Source: a candidate division WOR-3 bacterium
GTDB lineage: Bacteria; Hydrothermota; Tepidihabitantia; Tepidihabitantales; Tepidihabitantaceae
Length of the DNA stretch: 64,000 nt
NCBI GenBank assembly: GCA_013177935.1
Contig: JABLXZ010000004.1
Location: forward strand, 340,059-404,058
Direction: 5' to 3'
Within the stretch, counting starts at the first letter, position 1. Every line of letters begins with the position of its first letter. Both the position numbers and the translations under genes were made by a program. A model generated the notes under the pieces. It searched no databases. It was not told the DNA's origin and was given only the letters and a program-made list of their open reading frames with translations. Below, in pieces: positions 47,010 to 56,631 of this stretch.

Positions 47010-47633
47010 TTGTCGTCCTGTATTTCCTTGACATTGAAAATTTCTACTATAATCTATTTAATTGTGCTAATGCGGACTGCTTTTCTTGTTCTACTCGGCA
47101 GCGCGCTCGTTGCCGCGCAAACGGTAGCGGTGTTTGTGCCCCACGACCTGTTCCGGGACGACGAGTATGACAACATCGTTCGGGCGCTGGAGCGGGCAAA
47201 CTTTTCGGTGGCAATTGTCTCATCCGACACCACCGCCGCGCAGGGCATTGACGGCTTGCTCATCAAGCCCGAACGGCTGCTCAAAGAGATTACGCCGGAC
47301 GAGTTTGCCGCCCTAATTCTGGTCAACGGTTCCGGTATTGTCCCCTACTGGAAGGACACCGTTTTGCAGGAGCGGTGCCGGCAGTTTGCTGCTGCCGGTC
47401 GGCTTGTTGCCGCGATTGAACTGGCACCACTGGTTCTTGCCCGCGCCGGCATCCTGAACGGCAGAGCCGCCACCGTGTTTCCGCACCGTTTCACTATCAA
47501 AGTCCTCAAGGAGCACGGCGCCCGGCATAAGTTCCAGCCGGTGGTGATAGATGGCAACATCATCACCGCTGCCCGTGCCGAACACACGCCGGCTTTTGCC
47601 CGGGCGATTGTCCGAAAACTGAAAGGCAGGTAA
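47010..47633 (+). CDS. DJ-1/PfpI family protein lacking the nucleophile Cys (AIELAP instead of AICxxP)
   Basis: Signal/TM-like N-terminus; DJ-1 fold pattern LILVNGSG...AAIELAPLVLARAGIL... Confidence 0.65.
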   Translation: MSSCISLTLKISTIIYLIVLMRTAFLVLLGSALVAAQTVAVFVPHDLFRDDEYDNIVRALERANFSVAIVSSDTTAAQGIDGLLIKPERLLKEITPDEFAALILVNGSGIVPYWKDTVLQERCRQFAAAGRLVAAIELAPLVLARAGILNGRAATVFPHRFTIKVLKEHGARHKFQPVVIDGNIITAARAEHTPAFARAIVRKLKGR

Positions 47634-47636
47634 GTT

Positions 47637-48077
47637 GTGCGGGCGCTGATTCAGCGGGTTTTAAGAGCAAAGGTGACGGTTGACGGCACAACAAAGGGTG
47701 AAATCGGACCGGGTTTGCTCGTTTTTCTCGGGGTGGGCAAGGACGACAACGAAGCGGTCTGCCGACAACTAGCGTCGCGTGTTGCCCGGCTGCGCATCTG
47801 GGACGATGAAGCGGGCAAGATGAACCGCTCGCTTCTTGACATTGGTGGCGCGGCGCTGGTTGTTTCCCAGTTTACGCTCTACGCTGACACCCGGCACGGT
47901 CTGCGTCCCTCTTTTTCTGACGCCTGCGAACCAGACCGCGCCCGGGAACTTTACGAAAAGTTTGTCACCGAGTTGCGCTATCTGGGTGTGCCGGTGCAGA
48001 CCGGCGAATTTGGCGCCCGGATGGAAGTGGAACTGGTGAACTCCGGACCGGTGACGATAATGCTGGAAGAGGTGTAA
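47637..48077 (+). CDS. dtd: D-aminoacyl-tRNA deacylase
   Basis: MRALIQRV...VSQFTLY...NSGPVT motifs; 146 aa. Confidence 0.85.
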   Translation: MRALIQRVLRAKVTVDGTTKGEIGPGLLVFLGVGKDDNEAVCRQLASRVARLRIWDDEAGKMNRSLLDIGGAALVVSQFTLYADTRHGLRPSFSDACEPDRARELYEKFVTELRYLGVPVQTGEFGARMEVELVNSGPVTIMLEEV

Positions 48078-48079
48078 AT

Positions 48080-48955
48080 ATGCTACGCAGTATGACCGGT
48101 GTGGGCCGTGCCGAAGCGGTGCTCAAACCTTCGGGCAGTAAACTGACCGTGGACATCCGCTCGGTAAATCACAAGTACTTTGAACTGGTGGCGAAACTGC
48201 CGCCGCAGTTTGCTGCGTATGAACGGGAGATTCACGAACTGGTGCGCCGCACCGTGCATCGCGGCTACATCCAGTTGCAGATGACCCTGGACGAATCGGT
48301 CTCGGTGCCCGCAGTTACCGTTGACCGGCAACTGGTGCAGGAGTACCTGCGCCTTGCCCGGGAGTTGAAAACCCGACACCATCTTGAAGGCGAACTGAAC
48401 ATCAACACCCTTTTCACCCTGCCCGGCGTCATCACGACGAAAAAGGCGAACGCCAACTCGTCCCGGTTCTGGCATGCCAGCCGACGGATTTTGAACCAGG
48501 CGCTCCGCCGCCTCGTCAAGATGAAGCAGGCAGAAGGTGCCGCTTTAGCCCGGGACCTGCGCCGGCGCATCGCGAAAATCCGGCGGGCGGTGCGGCAGAT
48601 TGAAGAACGGGTGCCGAAACGGCTCGCCGAGCGCCGCGAGAACCTCCTCGAACAGCTGCAAAACCTAAACATTCAGGCAAACCCGCGCCGGGTCCTGGAA
48701 GAGGTGGCGTTTATCGCCGAAAAGGTGGACATCCACGAGGAGTGTGTCCGGCTCAAGAGCCACTGTAGTATGTTCCTGCGCGCCCTGCGCAGTTCCGCCA
48801 CCTCGGGCAAGAAACTGGACTTCATTGCTCAGGAGATGCTGCGTGAGACCGACACCCTTGCTGCCAAGGCACGGGATGTGGTCATCTCGCGCCGGGCGAT
48901 TGAAATCAAGGGCGAGATTGAAAAGTTGAAGGAGCAGGTGCGCAATGTTGAGTAA
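48080..48955 (+). CDS. yicC: YicC family stress-induced protein
   Basis: N-terminus MLRSMTGVGRAE... and the C-terminal DUF1732-like region; lies upstream of gmk, the classic arrangement. Confidence 0.7.
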   Translation: MLRSMTGVGRAEAVLKPSGSKLTVDIRSVNHKYFELVAKLPPQFAAYEREIHELVRRTVHRGYIQLQMTLDESVSVPAVTVDRQLVQEYLRLARELKTRHHLEGELNINTLFTLPGVITTKKANANSSRFWHASRRILNQALRRLVKMKQAEGAALARDLRRRIAKIRRAVRQIEERVPKRLAERRENLLEQLQNLNIQANPRRVLEEVAFIAEKVDIHEECVRLKSHCSMFLRALRSSATSGKKLDFIAQEMLRETDTLAAKARDVVISRRAIEIKGEIEKLKEQVRNVE

Positions 48956-49562
48956 GCCGTTGCATCAGCCGTTTATGGTCATCCTCTCCTCGCCTTCGGG
49001 CGCGGGCAAAACATCCATCTGTCAGGCGGTACTGCGGCAGGACAAAAACATCTTCTACTCGGTTTCGGCAACGACCCGACCCCGGCGCGCTAACGAGCGC
49101 CACGGCAAGAGTTACCTGTTTCTGACCGAAGCCGAGTTCCAGCAAATGCTCAAGCGTAATGCCCTGCTCGAGTCGGCACAGGTTTACGGTCACTACTACG
49201 GCACGCCGAAAGCGCCGGTGCTGAAGGCATTTCGCCAGGGCAAAGATGTCATCGCGGACCTTGATATTCAGGGGATGCGTTCCTGCAAAAAGGTGCTGGG
49301 AGCGCGCGCCATCGGGATTTTTATCCTGCCGCCCAGTCTGAAGGAGCTGCGCGCGCGCCTTTCCAAACGGGGCACCGAAGACCCGGCAGAACTGGCACGG
49401 CGCCGTGCTGCCCTGAAAGAAGAACTGCGTGCCATTCCGGAGTTTGACTATCTGGTAATAAATGATAAACTTGAACAGGCGGTCGGTGATGTTTTGACTA
49501 TCATTCGCGCCGAACGACTGCGCACATACCGCCGCCGGAAATTAAAGGAGGTTTCAAAATGA
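48945..49562 (+). CDS. gmk: Guanylate kinase
   Basis: SSPSGAGKTS P-loop and SVSATTRPRR...YLF. Confidence 0.85.
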   Translation: MLSKPLHQPFMVILSSPSGAGKTSICQAVLRQDKNIFYSVSATTRPRRANERHGKSYLFLTEAEFQQMLKRNALLESAQVYGHYYGTPKAPVLKAFRQGKDVIADLDIQGMRSCKKVLGARAIGIFILPPSLKELRARLSKRGTEDPAELARRRAALKEELRAIPEFDYLVINDKLEQAVGDVLTIIRAERLRTYRRRKLKEVSK

Positions 49563-49813
49563 AATGGGTTTCACTGGAACAGTTGTGGCAAACCCACCCT
49601 AATAAATATCTGGCTTTGAATATCGCCGCCCTTGAGGTGCGACGGATAATTGAAGCGATGAACCGGGACGAGATTCAACTCCCGACCAACATCTACGACT
49701 ATGCCCTGAAGCGCCTCCTCCGGGGCGAACTGAAATACGCCCCGCTTACTGAGGAAGAACTGGCGGCGTTGAGCCAGAAGACATTTGAAGAGCTCACCTC
49801 CCGCCGTTCCTGA
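49559..49813 (+). CDS. rpoZ: DNA-directed RNA polymerase subunit omega (tentative)
   Basis: 84 aa between gmk and coaBC, the conserved gmk-rpoZ-coaBC order; NKYLALNIAALEVRRI resembles the RpoZ core helix. Confidence 0.55.
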   Translation: MKWVSLEQLWQTHPNKYLALNIAALEVRRIIEAMNRDEIQLPTNIYDYALKRLLRGELKYAPLTEEELAALSQKTFEELTSRRS

Positions 49814-49850
49814 AGCCGAAGGTTAAATTTGTCCTTTTCGGAGCGCGGCG

Positions 49851-51050
49851 GTGAGCAATCCGGAAGTTCTATTAGGCGTTACCGGCAGCATTGCCGCCTA
49901 CAAGGCGCTGGAACTGGTGCGCCTTTTCAAGCGGCAAAACTGGGGTGTAACGGTCGTGATGACCCGCGCCGCAACCAAACTGGTCGGTGTTGAGTCGTTT
50001 CGCACCCTGACGAACCGCGCCGTTGCCCTGAAACTGTTTCCGGCTGAGCGCCACTTTTCCGCACCGGTTGAGCACATTGACCTTGCCACGAGCCCGGACT
50101 TAATCGTCGTGGCACCAGCAACCGCCAACATACTGGGCAAACTCGCCTCCGGCATCGGTGACGACCTGCTCTCCACCTTGCTCCTTGCCGTACCCCAGGA
50201 AAAGGTCAAGGCGGGTCGGGTGCTCTTCGCTCCGGCGATGAATGTCAATATGTGGCACAATCCGATTGTTCAGGCGAATATCGAGAAACTGAAAGCCACC
50301 GGTTACTGCTTTATCGAACCGGACCAGGGGGAACTCGCCTGCGGTACCATCGGTACCGGCAGGATGGCAGAACCGGCAGAAATCTTTGCCCGGTGCCGCG
50401 CCGCACTTGAATCGCTGCCCGACCTGAACGGTGTTTCCGTACTCGTCACAACCGGCAGAACCGAAGAGCCGTTAGACCCGGTGCGCATCATCACCAACCG
50501 CTCTTCCGGTCGGATGGGCGTGGAAATCGCCCGGGCATTTAAGGCGGCAGGCGCCCGCACCCGTTTGATTGCCGGTGCCGTGTCGGTACCTTTGCCCGCG
50601 GATGCGATTCGGGTCCAGACCACCGAAGAGATGGCAGAAGCGGTTTTGCGCTCACTACCGGAAACCGACATTCTCGTAATGTGTGCCGCGGTTGCCGATT
50701 ACCAGCCGGCAAAGGTGGCAAAGGAGAAGTATCACACCGCTGACCTGTCTTTGAAACTCGTCCGCACTCCGGACATCCTTTCCCTTGTTGCCGCCCGGAA
50801 AGAAAAACCCTTTCTTGTTGGCTTCTCCCTTGACGCCAATTTGGAGCGGGCAAAGGAGAAACTGCGTGCCAAGCACCTCGACCTCATCATTGCCAATCCG
50901 CCCACAACCGCGGGCAGCGAAAGAATCGCAGCACAGCTGCTCTTCGCTTCCGGCAAACAAGAGCGTCTTCCGGAAATGGACAAAGCCGAATTTGCCCTAA
51001 AACTGGTGAAAACGGTTGGGCAGATTTACAAGAAAAGGAAGCAAAGATGA
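49851..51050 (+). CDS. coaBC: Bifunctional phosphopantothenoylcysteine decarboxylase / phosphopantothenate-cysteine ligase
   Basis: LLGVTGSIAAYKALELVR (flavoprotein), then the CoaB domain ...GRMAEP... . Confidence 0.85.
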   Translation: MSNPEVLLGVTGSIAAYKALELVRLFKRQNWGVTVVMTRAATKLVGVESFRTLTNRAVALKLFPAERHFSAPVEHIDLATSPDLIVVAPATANILGKLASGIGDDLLSTLLLAVPQEKVKAGRVLFAPAMNVNMWHNPIVQANIEKLKATGYCFIEPDQGELACGTIGTGRMAEPAEIFARCRAALESLPDLNGVSVLVTTGRTEEPLDPVRIITNRSSGRMGVEIARAFKAAGARTRLIAGAVSVPLPADAIRVQTTEEMAEAVLRSLPETDILVMCAAVADYQPAKVAKEKYHTADLSLKLVRTPDILSLVAARKEKPFLVGFSLDANLERAKEKLRAKHLDLIIANPPTTAGSERIAAQLLFASGKQERLPEMDKAEFALKLVKTVGQIYKKRKQR

Positions 51051-52477
51051 GCACCAATCGGGGACAAAATCAGGTTGAGCGCAAACCACCTCAGGCGGTT
51101 GAAGCCGAAGCCGCGGTGCTCGGCGCAATCCTGCTTGATGCCGAAGCCCTGCCCCGGGTTTTGCCCTTTTTGAAACCGGAACACTTCTACACCCCAGCCC
51201 ACCGCCTCATTTACGAGGCGATGCTCAACCTGTTTGAACGCAAAGAGCCCTGCGACATCATCACCGTTACTGCGGAACTGCGCCGGATGAAGCAACTGGA
51301 GGCGGTCGGAGGCCCCACATACCTCTCCAGCCTCCTTGACACCGTGCTCACCGCGGCCCACTGCGAAGAGCATGCCCACCTAGTACTGGAAAGGGCGATT
51401 CAACGCCAGCTGATTCAGACCGCAACCGAAATCGTGCAGGCGGCGTTTGATGAAAGCCACAGCGCTGAAGAACTCCTCGAACAGGCAGAGAGCAAAATCT
51501 TTCAGTTGCGCCAAGCCGGCGAACGCAAACGGTTCACGCTCGTGCGCGAGATGTTGATGGATGAGATGGAACGGATTGAGAAAGCCCGGCAGGAGAAGCG
51601 GTTAATAACCGGGGTTGAAACCGGTTTTCGCGACCTTGATAACTTGACCTCAGGCTTCCAGCCCGGTGACTTCATCATCATCGCCGGTAGGCCCGGAATG
51701 GGCAAGACCGCCTTTGCCTTAAACATTGCGGTCAATGCTGCAATCCACATCAGCAAGCCGGTACCGGTCGCCATCTTCAGCCTTGAGATGTCAACGGAAA
51801 GTCTTATCCAGCGGCTCATCTGCTCTGAGGCTTATGTCTCGCAGAGCAAACTGCGCCGCGGCATGCTCACCCACGACGAATACAAACGGGTTGTTGATGT
51901 GATTGGACCCCTGTCTGAGGCAAAAATCTACATCGACGACTCACCAGGCTTGAACGCCCTTGAGGTGCGGGCAAGGGCACGCCGCTTGAAAGGCGAGCAT
52001 CCGGATTTGGGGATGGTGATGATTGACTATCTCCAGTTGATGGAGGTGCACGGTGACCGACGCCGGGAACGCAACCGGCAGCAGGAGATTACCGAAATCT
52101 CCCGGGCATTAAAGGCGATGGCAAAGGAACTCGATGTGCCGGTCGTTGCCATCTCCCAGCTGTCACGCGCGCCCGAAACCCGTCAGGATAAAAGACCCCA
52201 GCTCTCCGACCTGCGCGAGTCCGGCGCCCTTGAGCAGGACGCCGATGTTGTCCTGCTTTTGTTCCGGGAAGCGGCGTACCGAAAAAAGGAGTGGGCGTCA
52301 CTGGACGAAAACAAACGCCGCGCCGCCGAACTCAATGTTGCGAAACAGCGCAACGGTCCGACCGATACCATTCCGCTCGTCTTCCTCTACGAATGTATGC
52401 GCTTTGTCAACGCCGAAACCCGCTACACTCAGGAACCGGTTGAAGAAGAAATCTCCGAAGAAGAGTTCAACATCTAA
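51047..52477 (+). CDS. dnaB: Replicative DNA helicase
   Basis: N-terminus EAEAAVLGAILLD; Walker A IIAGRPGMGKTAFAL; Walker B IDYLQLM; H3/H4 SQLSRAPE. Confidence 0.9.
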   Translation: MSTNRGQNQVERKPPQAVEAEAAVLGAILLDAEALPRVLPFLKPEHFYTPAHRLIYEAMLNLFERKEPCDIITVTAELRRMKQLEAVGGPTYLSSLLDTVLTAAHCEEHAHLVLERAIQRQLIQTATEIVQAAFDESHSAEELLEQAESKIFQLRQAGERKRFTLVREMLMDEMERIEKARQEKRLITGVETGFRDLDNLTSGFQPGDFIIIAGRPGMGKTAFALNIAVNAAIHISKPVPVAIFSLEMSTESLIQRLICSEAYVSQSKLRRGMLTHDEYKRVVDVIGPLSEAKIYIDDSPGLNALEVRARARRLKGEHPDLGMVMIDYLQLMEVHGDRRRERNRQQEITEISRALKAMAKELDVPVVAISQLSRAPETRQDKRPQLSDLRESGALEQDADVVLLLFREAAYRKKEWASLDENKRRAAELNVAKQRNGPTDTIPLVFLYECMRFVNAETRYTQEPVEEEISEEEFNI

Positions 52478-52483
52478 CCCCCG

Positions 52484-53842
52484 ATGAAGAAGACCCACTT
52501 TATCTGCCAGAACTGCGGTTACGAATCTGCCCGCTGGTTGGGCCGCTGCCCGAACTGCGACGAGTGGAACAGTCTGGTTGAGGAGGAACTGCCCGCAAAA
52601 AAGAAAGCAAAGAATGCGGCAACACCAACCTTAACAACCCGACCGGTGCCGTTAAATCAGGTGGCGATGGAAAAAACCGCCCGGATTTTAACCGGCATCG
52701 GCGAACTGGACCGGGTGATTGGCGGCGGTGTTGTACCCGGCTCGTTGCTTCTTCTTGGTGGCGAACCGGGCATCGGCAAATCAACCCTGCTCTTGCAGGT
52801 CTGCAACACCCTTGCCCATCGGGGCATGCGCATCCTCTATGTTACCGGCGAAGAGTCGCCCGAACAGGTCCGACTCCGCGCTGCCCGCCTCGGTAAGGTT
52901 GCCGCGGAACTGTTCATCCTCGCCACCGTTGAGGTTGAAGAGGTGCTCGGAGCGGTCGAAGAAATCAATCCCGGGCTTCTGGTCATCGACTCGATTCAGA
53001 CCCTGACGACCAGCACGCTCGCCAGTGCACCGGGTAGCGTCGCTCAGGTCCGGGAATGTACCGCCCAGCTCCTCCGGCTGGCAAAAAGCCGGCGCCTCAC
53101 AACCTTCATCATCGGTCATGTGACCAAGTTCGGCGCAATTGCCGGACCGAAAACCCTCGAGCATATGGTTGATACCGTACTCTATTTTGAAGGGGAATCC
53201 AGCCTCAACTACCGGATTGTTCGGGCGGTGAAAAACCGCTACGGCTCCACCAATGAAATCGGTGTGTTTGAGATGACCGAATCCGGTTTAATTGAGGTGC
53301 AGAACCCCTCCGAGTTTTTCCTTTCCGGACGCCGGCTTGATGTCTCCGGCTCCGCGGTGGTGGCAACGCTCGAGGGCACCCGCCCGCTTCTGGTGGAGAT
53401 TCAGGCGCTTGCCGCGCCGACACCATTTGCCCTGCCCCAGCGGGTGGCAACCGGTTTTGACATCCGGCGCCTGGCGCTGCTCCTCTGCATCCTTGAGCGC
53501 CGCGCCGGCATCGCCACCACAAACAAAGACATCTTTTTGAACATCGCCGGCGGTATCAAACTAACCGAACCGGCGGTTGACCTCGGGATCGTTGCGGCGC
53601 TTGCCTCGGCACTGCGCAACACTCCCCTTCCTACCGATATCGTCCTTTTTGGCGAGGTGGGGCTTGCTGGTGAAATCCGTTCGGTTAGCCGTACCGAGTC
53701 GCGCATCACCGAAGCGGCTCGTCTGGGGTTTAGGCGCATCCTGTTGCCCGAGCATAGCCCGCAGCCGAAAAAAAACACCTTGAAACTTGTGCCGGTGGAC
53801 ACGGTCGCTACCGCCCTCAAGGTGTTGGGATTAAAAAGATGA
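52484..53842 (+). CDS. radA: DNA repair protein RadA/Sms
   Basis: Zinc finger CQNCGYESARWLGRCPNC; Walker A LLLGGEPGIGKSTLLLQ; Lon-like C-terminus. Confidence 0.9.
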   Translation: MKKTHFICQNCGYESARWLGRCPNCDEWNSLVEEELPAKKKAKNAATPTLTTRPVPLNQVAMEKTARILTGIGELDRVIGGGVVPGSLLLLGGEPGIGKSTLLLQVCNTLAHRGMRILYVTGEESPEQVRLRAARLGKVAAELFILATVEVEEVLGAVEEINPGLLVIDSIQTLTTSTLASAPGSVAQVRECTAQLLRLAKSRRLTTFIIGHVTKFGAIAGPKTLEHMVDTVLYFEGESSLNYRIVRAVKNRYGSTNEIGVFEMTESGLIEVQNPSEFFLSGRRLDVSGSAVVATLEGTRPLLVEIQALAAPTPFALPQRVATGFDIRRLALLLCILERRAGIATTNKDIFLNIAGGIKLTEPAVDLGIVAALASALRNTPLPTDIVLFGEVGLAGEIRSVSRTESRITEAARLGFRRILLPEHSPQPKKNTLKLVPVDTVATALKVLGLKR

Positions 53843-53863
53843 GATTGGATCTGGGAGGATTTT

Positions 53864-54436
53864 ATGCTCTTTCTGCGTTCCAAAACCTTTATCTTAGATT
53901 TGGACACCCTTGCCGACCCGAAAATTGTCCAGTTTCTTGGATTGGGCATCGTTACCGGTCAGCTTCTTGTGCCCGAACCACCCGAACCCAAAGGGGAAAA
54001 CGACTATGTTGCCCAAAGGGCTAAGGAAAACCTGAACCAACTGAAAAATATCAAGGGTCTAAAAGTCAAAACCCGGCGAGACCTCAACTCAATCGCCGAG
54101 CTTTTGCAAACCGCCCGGCAGAAAAAGGCAACAATTATCACCTGCCGGCCGGATGTTAAATCAGCCGCCGACGGCATCACGGTGGTAACCACGCTCGACC
54201 TGTTCAACATCTTTCGACCCAGTTATCTACCCGGCACCGTGCTCAAAGTGAAAATCACTAAACGGGGCAAAGAGAAAAATGAAGGCATCGGTTATCTCGA
54301 AGGCGGCATCAAGGTGGTCGTGGAAAACTGCGGCGATGAGGTGGGCAAGGAGCTCGAAGTGGTAATTAAAGGTGGTATCGACACCGATGTTGGCCAGGTG
54401 CTTTTTGCTCAACCACGGTTTCTTGAAGTGAAATAG
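53864..54436 (+). CDS. PIN/TRAM domain protein (YacL-like, short)
   Basis: Follows radA as in many bacteria; ILDLDTLAD PIN-like start; C-terminal TRAM-like GTVLKVKITKRGKEKNEGIGYLEGGIKVVVEN. Confidence 0.5.
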   Translation: MLFLRSKTFILDLDTLADPKIVQFLGLGIVTGQLLVPEPPEPKGENDYVAQRAKENLNQLKNIKGLKVKTRRDLNSIAELLQTARQKKATIITCRPDVKSAADGITVVTTLDLFNIFRPSYLPGTVLKVKITKRGKEKNEGIGYLEGGIKVVVENCGDEVGKELEVVIKGGIDTDVGQVLFAQPRFLEVK

Positions 54437-54880
54437 TAAAGACGCCGGGTTCCAAAGCCCGGTAATCGGCTGCGCTGGCGCCGCGTGCCCATCCCGTGGT
54501 TAACTATGGAAACCCCGGCGTCTTCATCCCCTAACAAAATGGTGGGCTATCGTGCGGAATAACGCAGCTTCAAGGGCGGAAGTTGACCGGTTTTGGTCGC
54601 CGCTACGACAGCCCAGAATTTTCATATCACACTTTATGCACTCACCCAACTCACACCATAACATCTCAAATGCACAATCTGTGCCCGCAAGCAAAACAAC
54701 CGCATCAAACAATAACCGGCGCGAAATCATAAACTTGCCCTTTTATTCGGCTTGTCTTTAGCCTTACTTCCCGCCTGCTTTTTATAAGTTAACCGATGAC
54801 TTTATCATTACTTGTACCACTGCGACCGCAAAAGACAAACCGTTTCTGTGTAGGCACGGCAGATATCCCCTCCTTGTTTC

Positions 54881-54908
54881 TTGACACCTCCACTCCATCC
54901 CTTAAAAT
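54881..54908 (+). promoter_or_regulatory. sigma70-like promoter TTGACA-16-TAAAAT ending 9 nt before the pepP ATG (leaderless-type)
   Basis: tttcTTGACAcctccactccatccctTAAAATctcccaactATG; the 16-mer is shared with the rpmB promoter. Confidence 0.4.
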
Positions 54909-54917
54909 CTCCCAACT

Positions 54918-55976
54918 ATGGTAACAAGAATTCGTGCCCTGCAAAAAGCGCTGGCAGAAAAACGGCTGGATGGTTATCTTGTCACCAGTCTGACCAACAT
55001 CCGTTATCTCTGCGGCTTTACCGGCTCTAACGGGATGATGCTTATCACCCGTTCTAAGGCAACTTTTTTTACCGACTTCCGATATCAGGAGCAGGTCAAA
55101 ACCGAGGTCAAAGGCTGTGTCCGAAAAATACTGGAACGAGACCTTTACGCCGCTTTCCCAGTCGACGAATTAAAAGGAGTCCGGCGCCTTGGCGTGGAAA
55201 AGAGCCATCTGACACTTGCCCGGTTCGAACTCCTGCGTCAGCAGATAAAGAAAACAAAACTCGTCCCCTCAGAGGATTTGGTTTTGCAGTTGCGCCGGAA
55301 AAAGAGCCCGCAAGAAATCGCCCTGATTAAAAAAGCCCAAGCGGTTACAGAACAAGCCTTTGCCCGCGTGCTGAAATTGATTAAACCGGGCATCAGCGAA
55401 AAAGATTTAAGCCTGGAGATTGAGTTCCAATTCCGGCGGATTGGTGAACCGGCATTCGGAATCATTGTCGCCTCCGGCGAAAATGCCGCAAAACCTCATG
55501 CCCGCGCCGGTAACCGGCGGCTGAAAAAGGGTGACTGTATCACCTTTGACATCGGCTGCCGGATTAACGGCTACTGCTCGGATATGACCCGCACCGTGTT
55601 TTTGGGCAAACCGAGTGATGAAATGCGCCAGGTTTACGATGCGGTCCTTAACGCCCAGAATGAAGCCCTGGCGGTGATTAAACCCGGTGTGCCCTGCAAA
55701 CTGGTTGACCTTGCCGCCCGGGATTATCTTAACCGGATTGGATTCGGCAAATTTTTTGGCCACAGTTTAGGACATGGGGTCGGGCTTGAAGTCCACGAGG
55801 AGCCCCGGCTGGCAAAGACCAGTAGCCAGACGCTTGAGGTTGGTGATGTGGTAACGGTTGAGCCCGGTGTTTATCTCCCGGGTAAAGGTGGGGTACGAAT
55901 TGAGGATATGGTTTATGTCACCCGAAAAGGGTTTATCAATCTCACCCGGGCACCAAAGAAGCTTATAATACTATGA
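54918..55976 (+). CDS. pepP: Xaa-Pro aminopeptidase (M24 family)
   Basis: M24 metal ligands: ...DIGCRINGYCSDMTRT..., HGVGLEVHEEP, ...VEPGVY...IEDMV. Confidence 0.8.
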   Translation: MVTRIRALQKALAEKRLDGYLVTSLTNIRYLCGFTGSNGMMLITRSKATFFTDFRYQEQVKTEVKGCVRKILERDLYAAFPVDELKGVRRLGVEKSHLTLARFELLRQQIKKTKLVPSEDLVLQLRRKKSPQEIALIKKAQAVTEQAFARVLKLIKPGISEKDLSLEIEFQFRRIGEPAFGIIVASGENAAKPHARAGNRRLKKGDCITFDIGCRINGYCSDMTRTVFLGKPSDEMRQVYDAVLNAQNEALAVIKPGVPCKLVDLAARDYLNRIGFGKFFGHSLGHGVGLEVHEEPRLAKTSSQTLEVGDVVTVEPGVYLPGKGGVRIEDMVYVTRKGFINLTRAPKKLIIL

Positions 55977-56070
55977 GGAACAGAAACAAAGAAGACAGGA
56001 AGCGCTGCAACCTAATTACCACGCTTCCGTACTATTTCGCTTACAAACTATTTAGAAGGAGTGATGGAGT

Positions 56071-56628
56071 ATGGTAACACCAAACGAATTTCGCACCGGT
56101 CTTTTAATCCGCTATAACAATGAAATCTATGAGGTCCTCTCTTATCAGCGGACCCGAACCGCGCAGCGTCGGGCGCGGGTGTTGACGAAAATCCGTAACA
56201 TCCGCACCGGCGCCACGATTGAGGAAAGTTTTGAGTCCGAAATCAAACTGGAAACGGTTGAAATGGAACGGCGTCGGGGCCAGTTCCTCTATGCCGATGA
56301 TTCCGGTTATCACTTTATGGACCTCGAAACCTATGAGCAGTTTCCGATTAAAAAAGAGGCGCTGGGCGATAAGGTGTACTATCTAACCGAAGGTCTTGAG
56401 GTCGAGATTGGCTATATCGAGGGCGTCCCGATGCTCATCAATCCGCCCCTGTTCATCGTCCTTGAGGTGGTTGACACCGAACCGAACTACCGGGGTGATA
56501 CCGCCACCGGCGGCGGTAAACCGGCGCGGCTCAGTACCGGTCTTGTGGTTGACGTCCCATTTTTCATCAAAGTGGGCGACCGGGTTAAGATTGACACCCG
56601 CACCAACACCTATGTTGAGCGGGCATAG
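56071..56628 (+). CDS. efp: Elongation factor P; modification loop lacks the conserved Lys (QRTRTAQRR instead of KPGKGQAF)
   Basis: Collinear with E. coli EF-P (..FR.GL...YEV.........ARV.TK.RN.RTG...GDTATGGGKPARLSTG..V.VP.F...GD..KIDTR...YV.R). Confidence 0.85.
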   Translation: MVTPNEFRTGLLIRYNNEIYEVLSYQRTRTAQRRARVLTKIRNIRTGATIEESFESEIKLETVEMERRRGQFLYADDSGYHFMDLETYEQFPIKKEALGDKVYYLTEGLEVEIGYIEGVPMLINPPLFIVLEVVDTEPNYRGDTATGGGKPARLSTGLVVDVPFFIKVGDRVKIDTRTNTYVERA

Positions 56629-56631
56629 GGT

